Below are positions 44,304-51,400 of a stretch of DNA of 64,000 nt, one piece after another. Numbering within the stretch: position 1 is the stretch's first letter; every line of letters begins with the position of its first letter. The notes beneath the pieces were generated by a model. That model was not told the DNA's origin and made no database searches. It saw only the letters and a program-made list of their open reading frames with translations. Both the position numbers and the translations under genes were made by a program. The DNA comes from Thermomicrobiales bacterium (GTDB lineage Bacteria; Chloroflexota; Chloroflexia; Thermomicrobiales; CFX8): the NCBI GenBank assembly GCA_035513175.1, contig DATKCN010000250.1, positions 2,468 to 66,467 on the forward strand. The letters are read 5' to 3'.

Positions 44304-45206
44304 ATGCCCGTATCGAACAGCAAGCCTGCCGATTTTGACCGCTACTGGGACGAGAACGACCAGCGATTGGCGGCGATGCCACCCGCGCCGCAGCTGGAAC
44401 CGCTCCCAATCCGCTCGAACGAGCACAGCGACGTGTACACGCTCAGAATCACGAGCTTCGGGCCGTATCGCGTCTTCGGCTACTACAGCGTGCCCAAGGG
44501 CGCTGGGCCGCATCCGGGCCTGCTCCTGACGCCCGGCTACGGCAGCGTCAAGGCGGTGCCCGACTACAACGACCGCAAGCGCTACGTCACGCTGCAGATC
44601 ATGCACCGGGGACAGCGGCTGGCCGATCAGCCCTACGCGGCGACCTACCCCGGCCTGCTGACCGACCGCATCGACGACCCGGAACGCTACATCTTCCGCG
44701 ACATCGTCGCCGACTGCCTGCGCGGCGCCGAGTTCCTGCTCGCGCGTCCCGAGGTCGACGCGAGCCGCGTGGCGGTCTCGGGCAACGATCTGGCGCTGAT
44801 CGTCGCCGCACGGCGGTCCGGCTTCGCAGTCGCGCAGGCGGCCGATCTCATGTTCTGCCGGGCGATGGAGGCGCGTCTGCGCACGGAAGCGTATCCACTG
44901 GAAGAGATCAACGATTACCTCCGCGCCCATCCGGAGCGCGAAGCCGCCGTGGCGCGCACGCTTGCCTATCTGGACCCGACGCACCACGTGGAGCGCGTCA
45001 AGGTCACGACTCAGCTCAGTGCCGGCGATCAGGGCTCGATGGCAGGCGCCGGGTGGATGGCGCAGATGATCGGGCAGTTCGGAGGGCCGCTGGAGCAGTA
45101 CCAGCTCACGCACGAGGGCGGCACGGACCACGACGCGGTCGACGCCTGGCTGGCGCAGAAGCTCGGCGCGCAACCGATGTCGAGGTTCATCACGGCGTTC
45201 GACTGA
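44304..45206 (+). CDS. CE7/AXE1-like paralog lacking the canonical Ser nucleophile
   Basis: 300 aa. DFDRYW N-terminus and overall collinearity with the upstream gene, but the GxSxG position reads AVSGNDLAL (Ser to Asp). Confidence 0.75.
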   Translation: MPVSNSKPADFDRYWDENDQRLAAMPPAPQLEPLPIRSNEHSDVYTLRITSFGPYRVFGYYSVPKGAGPHPGLLLTPGYGSVKAVPDYNDRKRYVTLQIMHRGQRLADQPYAATYPGLLTDRIDDPERYIFRDIVADCLRGAEFLLARPEVDASRVAVSGNDLALIVAARRSGFAVAQAADLMFCRAMEARLRTEAYPLEEINDYLRAHPEREAAVARTLAYLDPTHHVERVKVTTQLSAGDQGSMAGAGWMAQMIGQFGGPLEQYQLTHEGGTDHDAVDAWLAQKLGAQPMSRFITAFD

Positions 45207-45263
45207 GCCAAGCGACGCGCCGCCTCGCGTGAGACGGCCGTTCGGACAATACTGACTCGCGAT

Positions 45264-45311
45264 TCAAAGGCTGCCACTTCTATACCCTGCCACGTGGCAG
45301 CCTTTGATTTT
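45264..45311 (+). terminator. Rho-independent terminator candidate after the CE7 paralog (14-bp perfect stem + TTTT)
   Basis: TCAAAGGCTGCCAC (45264..45277) and GTGGCAGCCTTTGA (45294..45307), followed by TTTT. The right arm and loop overlap the 3' end and stop (45280) of the convergent EamA gene. Confidence 0.55.
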
Positions 45312-46233
45312 CCCCGTCAAGCGGTTCAGCCGGCGGGCGGCGACCGGAGTTCGTCACGATCACGCCGGTGAGGATTGTCGCGCCGCCCAGCAGCAGATAG
45401 CGCGTGATCGTCTCCCCCAGCAGCAGCCAGGCGAACAGCACCCCGAAGAAGGGCACGAGGTAGACGTAGACCGCGACTTGCGTCGGCTCCAGACCCCGCA
45501 GCCCCCGATACCACAGGATGTAGGCCACGAACACGGCCAGCACGCTCATCGTGATCGCCGCCAGCCAGCTCTTCCAGGAAAACGCTGCCGCCTGCGCGAC
45601 GATGTCCGCGTTGAAGACCAGCAGCGGCGACAGCATCACCGCGCCCAGGATCGTCGTCAGACCTGCCACCACATGCGGTTCGTATTCCTGCAGCAACGGC
45701 TTGGACAGCACAGTGTAGGTGGCCCACCCCAGCGGCGCGCAGATCAGGATCAGGATGCCGACAGCGTTGTCGATGCTGAAGCGCGCCTCGCTGCCGCCGT
45801 AGAGCAGGACGATCATGAACCCGCTGAACGCGACGGCGATGCCGCTCAGCTTGCGTCGCGTCAGCGGCTCGCCCAGCAGCAGGCGGCTGATGATGGTCGT
45901 GAAGATTGGATTGCTGGTGACGATCAGGCTCGCCAGCGCCGCCGCCAGGTACGACTGCCCCCAGGCAATCGCCAGGTTGTTCACCACGCTGCCGCAAACG
46001 GCGATCAGCGCCAGTTGTCGCCAGACGGCGGCTGGCATGCGGGGGATCGTACGCCAGGTGAAGCCGAGCAGCGCGACGAAGCAGGCGGACGACAGCCCCA
46101 CTCGCAGCAACACGACCCCCGCCGGGCCGACCTGTTCGACCACGTACTTCACGGCCACGAAGGTCGCGCCCCAGATCACCGCTGTCAGCAGCAGCGACAG
46201 GTGTATGAGAATCGGATAGCGCTGGAAGATCAC
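45280..46233 (-). CDS. EamA/DMT-family transporter
   Basis: 317 aa with 10 hydrophobic segments in two EamA-like halves (LLTAVIWGATFVAVKY...). GTG start. Confidence 0.85.
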   Translation of the reverse strand: MIFQRYPILIHLSLLLTAVIWGATFVAVKYVVEQVGPAGVVLLRVGLSSACFVALLGFTWRTIPRMPAAVWRQLALIAVCGSVVNNLAIAWGQSYLAAALASLIVTSNPIFTTIISRLLLGEPLTRRKLSGIAVAFSGFMIVLLYGGSEARFSIDNAVGILILICAPLGWATYTVLSKPLLQEYEPHVVAGLTTILGAVMLSPLLVFNADIVAQAAAFSWKSWLAAITMSVLAVFVAYILWYRGLRGLEPTQVAVYVYLVPFFGVLFAWLLLGETITRYLLLGGATILTGVIVTNSGRRPPAEPLDGENQRLPRGRV

Positions 46234-46462
46234 GTAACAGATGCGGTCGTGTGACCTGTCAGCCTCGTTCGGTGCACGTGCCGCGCGCCTCCGCTGACCC
46301 AGAGCCTCGGTCTCTCATCCGCTCTGGGCAATCGGCAGTCCGTCCCGAAGTGTAACCGCCTCACCGTGACCGCATCTCGCGGCCCCAGTTTTCGCCCTCG
46401 CAACATCGTTGGACGCGGCTCTGGCTGGATCGGCGCGCCGTGTCGCCATCATGTCACGCTCC

Positions 46463-46492
46463 TGTAACGGGCGAGCCAGCGTTTGTAACGGG
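46463..46492. promoter_or_regulatory. Direct repeat TGTAACGGG-N12-TGTAACGGG (21-bp phasing) ~95 nt upstream of the multicopper oxidase ATG
   Basis: Read directly: 46463..46471 and 46484..46492. The two-helical-turn spacing suggests a response-regulator-type tandem site. Speculative. Confidence 0.3.
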
Positions 46493-46586
46493 ACTGCATC
46501 GAGCGCTTCCTATGCTTGAGTCAGACGGCAATCTGGAAAAGATGCGGGGCCGTCACGATCGGGTGGCGCATGGAAGGTGTCTCCAA

Positions 46587-47663
46587 ATGAATGCGAAGCA
46601 GATGACTCGACGGAGCTTTGTCGGCCTGCTCGGCGCGCTGGGCATCGGAGCGGGTGTCTCGGCGTGCGGCGGCTCGGTGCGTCGTGATACCGAGCGCAAC
46701 GTGTATTCCTCGCTCCCGGCCGCCTCGGTTGACGCGACGCCCGGCATGGATTCGCACAACACCTCGCACACTCCGACGACCGGCGGTTCCGCCGAGAATT
46801 CCTGGGAGGAGATGGATCGCCTGCATGAGGAGGGTGTGAAAGCGTTTCCGGCGGCGACGGAAGGGCTCGGTGGCCAGCCGCTCGAGCACACGCTGGACGG
46901 CAACGTCAAGGTCTTTAACCTGACCTGCGATGTCGTGCAGTGGGAGGTCGACCCCGGCAGAGTCGTCGAAGCCTGGGCCTATAACGGTGTCGTTCCGGGA
47001 CCGGAGATCCGCGTCACCGAGGGCGACGCAGTCCGCATCAAGGTCACGAACAACCTCGCCGAGAGCACCTCGGTGCACTGGCACGGGCTCATCCTGCCGA
47101 ACGCCATGGATGGCGTGCCGTTCATCACCCAGCCGCCGATCACGCCAGGCTCCACATTCACGTATGAGTTCGTCGCCAAGCCGAGTGGCTCGCACATGTA
47201 CCACTCGCACCACAATGCCGCCCAGCAGGTAACCATGGGTCTGCTCGGGGCCTTCATTGTCGAGCCAACTGATCCGCTCAAGTACGGCTCGTTCGACAAG
47301 GAGTACACCCTCATTCTCAACGACGGCCCGCTGGGCTTTACACTGAATGGCAAGGGTTTCCCTGCCACGCAGCCGCTGACCGCCCTTCTCGGCGAAAAGA
47401 TCCTCGTGCGCTACATGAACGAGGGGTTAATGATCCACCCGATGCATCTGCACGGGATGCCGCAGCTCGTCATCGCCAAGGACGGTTGGCCGCAGCCGCA
47501 GCCGTGGATGTGCGACACCCTCAACATCGCGCCCGGCGAGCGGTGGGACGTGATCATCGAGGCCACCGAGCCAGGCGTCTGGGCCTTCCACTGCCACATT
47601 CTGACCCACGCCGAGTCGGCCCACGGCATGTTCGGCATGGTGACCGCGCTGATCGTCGAGTAG
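46587..47663 (+). CDS. Two-domain-size multicopper oxidase, Tat-exported lipoprotein
   Basis: ORF trimmed to ATG 46587 (GGAAGG 9 nt upstream). MNAKQMTRRSFVGLLGALGIGAGVSAC is a twin-Arg signal plus lipobox. Copper motifs HWHG, HSHH, HPMHLHG, HCHILTHAESAHGM. Confidence 0.85.
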   Translation: MNAKQMTRRSFVGLLGALGIGAGVSACGGSVRRDTERNVYSSLPAASVDATPGMDSHNTSHTPTTGGSAENSWEEMDRLHEEGVKAFPAATEGLGGQPLEHTLDGNVKVFNLTCDVVQWEVDPGRVVEAWAYNGVVPGPEIRVTEGDAVRIKVTNNLAESTSVHWHGLILPNAMDGVPFITQPPITPGSTFTYEFVAKPSGSHMYHSHHNAAQQVTMGLLGAFIVEPTDPLKYGSFDKEYTLILNDGPLGFTLNGKGFPATQPLTALLGEKILVRYMNEGLMIHPMHLHGMPQLVIAKDGWPQPQPWMCDTLNIAPGERWDVIIEATEPGVWAFHCHILTHAESAHGMFGMVTALIVE

Positions 47664-47672
47664 CAGGTAGCA

Positions 47673-47725
47673 GATCATGGGCATTGGACAGCGGCGCCGA
47701 CGGCCCAACCCCGCTGCCCATGATC
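47673..47725. promoter_or_regulatory. 11-bp inverted repeat GATCATGGGCA-N31-TGCCCATGATC between the oxidase stop and usp SD
   Basis: Read directly. It ends 7 nt before the GGAGGAGG SD of the usp gene. It could be a terminator or an operator. Confidence 0.3.
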
Positions 47726-47744
47726 CACTCACGGAGGAGGACAG

Positions 47745-48224
47745 ATGTATGTGCGCATCGTTGTTCCGTTAGACGGGTCGCTGGTGGCGGAAGAGGCGTT
47801 GCCGCACGCCGAGGAGCTTGCGCGGGCTCTTGGCGTGCCAATCGTTCTGCTGCGAGTCATCGACAATACGCCGGTTGGGTTGTGCGACAACTACGGAGTG
47901 GCCGTGAGCTACGTGCCCGGGACCGAGCTGGCGGATCGAGAAGAAGCAAGTGCCCGCGAGTATTTGACCGCCAGGCAAGAGCAGATCGTGGCGCGCGGCG
48001 TCGAGACTACGACAACGCTACGCCGGGGCCCCGTCGTCCGTGAGCTGCTCGGCGCCGCCCGCAACGGCGACCTGTACGTGATGGCATCCCATGGCCGGAC
48101 GGGCATGCCGCGCTGGTTCCTGGGCAGCGTCGCTGAAGAAATGACCCGCGTGTCGAGCGTGCCCGTCATGCTCGTGCGGAGCAGGCAGGAACCGGCGGGT
48201 TCGGACCGGGAAGGCGCGCTGTGA
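47745..48224 (+). CDS. Universal stress protein (UspA family)
   Basis: 159 aa. IVVPLDGS...LYVMASHGRTGMPRWFLGSVAEEMTRVSSVPVMLV (ATP-binding G-x2-G-x9-GS motif). Confidence 0.85.
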   Translation: MYVRIVVPLDGSLVAEEALPHAEELARALGVPIVLLRVIDNTPVGLCDNYGVAVSYVPGTELADREEASAREYLTARQEQIVARGVETTTTLRRGPVVRELLGAARNGDLYVMASHGRTGMPRWFLGSVAEEMTRVSSVPVMLVRSRQEPAGSDREGAL

Positions 48225-48417
48225 GCACATTGCTCCCGCCCCCGGACCGTCATTCCCATGCCCTTTATCCCCGCTTCTCGTTCCTCTTCCCGCCGCTTGC
48301 TCGCCTCTTTTGCTCACTGAATCCGTACGTCTCTGACGATACTGAGACCTATGTACCCCTCCGGCATGTCATTGTGGCAACTACAATTGAACGTGACCCG
48401 CGCGGCAGTCGTGCGCG

Positions 48418-51400
48418 TTGAATACGCTCCCGCGAAGTCACGGAAACAGCGCGTTGCGCGGCGTCGCGGTCGCCACGCGCCAGGAGGCTCTGTTGCTCCA
48501 TAAGCCACTCCTCGCGCCTCTGAGCAGAGACATCGAACCCGATGATTCCCTCGCTTCGGGACTCCCCGATCGCAGCGATCGCGGCGCTTCGGACTCAACC
48601 AGGAATCGATACCGCGCGCTGGTGCGTCATGGCGTCGAGGGCGTCAGCGTCCTGCGTGCGGATGGCACGGCCCTCTATCAGAGCGCGTCCATTGCCCGGC
48701 ATCTCGGCGTCGATGTCGACCTGGGCCCTGATGGAAACCTGCTGAACCTCGTCCACCCGGACGACATCGTCGCAGTCAGAGCGTCTCTGCAGCGTGTCAT
48801 CGATCGCCCACGCGCGCGCGAGACGGTGGAATACCGCTTCCTGCTGCCGGATGGGTCCTGCCGCTGGATAGAATCGACTATGTCGAACCTGCTGCGCGAC
48901 CCTGAGGTTGGTGGCATTGTCGTCACCTCGCGCGACATGACCGATCTCAAGCGCCGCGAGCGGGACTCCCGCCTGCTCAGCGAGGCGAGCGCCACGCTCG
49001 GGTCGTCGCTCGATTACGTCGAAACACTCGAACGTGTCGCGCGCATGTCGCTGCCGGATTTCGCGGACTGGTGCTCCGTGACGCTGCTCGACGAGGATGG
49101 CACTCCCGTGCGCGTCACCGTCGCTCACCGCGACATGTCGAAACAGCCGATCGCGGAAGAGCTCATGCGCGCTCCGTCCGACTCGGGCGTCCCGCTCGGC
49201 ATTGCGCGCGTGCTGAGCACCGGCAGGACCGACTTCTGCCCGGCAGTGCTCCAGACGGAGTGGCGCGCGACGCTCGACGACGAGCTGGGCCCGATCCTCG
49301 AGGCGCTTGGCGTCGTGTCGTGGGTGACCTCCCCGCTGACATTGCGGGGCGAAACGATCGGAGCGCTCGCCTATGTGTACGGCGACTCGGGCAGGCGATA
49401 CACCGCTGAAGACGTGCAGGTCGCCGAGGAAATCGCCCGTCGTGCGGCGGTTGCGATCGATAACGCGCGGTTGCACGAGCAGGCGCATATAGCCGAGCAG
49501 AAATATCGCTCGGTCGTCGAGCAGGTTCCAGCGGCCATGTTCATCGAACAGGTCGGGCACGGACTGGTCTACATCAGCCCGCAGGCCGAGGAGATCTTCG
49601 GCTACACGGCCCAGGAGTTGCTTTCTGAGCCTGACCGCTGGTTGTCGATGGTCCACCCTGACGATGTCGACGCCGTCCGCGACAAGCTGCGGCGCGCCGA
49701 CGAGACCGGCGACCAGTACGACATGGAGAGCCGCTACATCACGCGTGACGGACGCACCGTCTGGCTCCGTACTGACGCGTTGCTGCGGCACGACGAGGGG
49801 GGCGCGCCGTCGCAGTGGCAAGGGTTCATCACCGATGTCACCGCGCACAAAGCAGCGCTGGCCGACATCACGCAGCTGGCATCGATCGTCTCCTCAATGA
49901 CGGATGCCGTCACCGGCGCTGACCTCGACGGACGCATCAATTCATGGAACCTCGGCGCCGAGCGGCTGTACGGTTTCAGCGCAGCCGAGGCGATGGGCGT
50001 GCTGTTGAGTGAGTTCGTGCCCGTGGACCGCGTCCAGGAGCTGGAGAACGTGCGCGCCCGCGTGTTCGCGGGCGAGCCGTCAGTGCACGCGGAAACGGTG
50101 CGCCGGCGCAAGGATGGCTCACTGGTCGATGTCGCGATGACGATATCGCTCATTCGCGACGCGGCTGGCGAGATCGTCGGCACCTCGGCGATCAGTCACG
50201 ACATCAGCGCTCGCAAGCTGGCCGAAGCGGAGCGCGGTGAGAGCGAGCGGCGCCTGAGGGCTGTCGTCGATTACTCGCCGATTGGGATCGTCACGCTCGA
50301 CCGGGCTGGCGTCATTCTGACCGCCAACCACGCCTTCCAACGCATGCTGGGGTATACGGAGGACGAGTTGCGTGGGAACACGCCCGCGCACCTTTTCGCC
50401 TGGACGAACGGCTTGCAGAATCCCGCCGAATTCGAGGAGCTCGTCACCGGCAAGATCGACCAGTATGCGGTAGAGCGACTGTACGCGCGCAAAGATGGCG
50501 GCCGCGTCTGGGGGCGCATTTCGATCAGCGCCGTGCGTGACGACGATGGCAGCTTCGTACAATCCGTCTCGATGGTCGAGGACATCACCGAGCAGAGGCG
50601 GGCCGAGGACGCCCTGCGTGACAGCGAGGCCCGCTTTCGCAGCGCCTTCGATGACGCCGCCGTCGGCATGGCTCTGTTTGGAATCGACGGGCGCTTCATG
50701 AGCGCGAACCCGGCGCTGTGTGAGATGCTGGGGCACGCCAGCGATGAGCTGATAGGCCAGCCGGGCTTGCGGTTCAGCCATCCCGACGACACCGAGGCCA
50801 TTTCAGATCTGCGCGACCGTGTGTTGCGCGGCGAGACAGACTCGTATCAGATCGAGACGCGCTACCTGCATCGCAGCGGCGCGACGGTCTGGTGCGCCGT
50901 CAGCGCTGCCGTGGTGCGGGACGAGAGCGGCGAACCTCTGTACATGGTGACCCAGTTCCAGGACGTTACCGAGCGCAAGCTGGCAGGGGAGGAGCTCCGC
51001 CGCAGCGAGGAGCGCTTCCGGGCTGTGTACGAGAACGCGCCCATCGGGATCGTTATCCTCAACCCGCATGGCGACGTTGTGTCCGCCAACGCGGCGTTCG
51101 AGCGCATGACTGGCTACACCGAAGCTGAAATGCGGGCCATGCCATTCGATGACTTCATCCCCCAGGAGGAACGCGCGGCGTCTGACCGGCGCTTCGGGGA
51201 CCTGGTGACCGGTCAGATCGATCGCTACACCACTGAGCGCCGGTACGTCCGCAAGGATGGCCAGATCCTGTGGGCCAGCCTGGCGATCAGCGCCATGCGA
51301 GACGAGGATGGCCGGTTCCTGCATACGGTGTCGATGATCGAAGACGTCACCGAAGCGCGCGACGCCGAGGAAGCTCTGCGCCGGAGCGAGCACCGTTACC

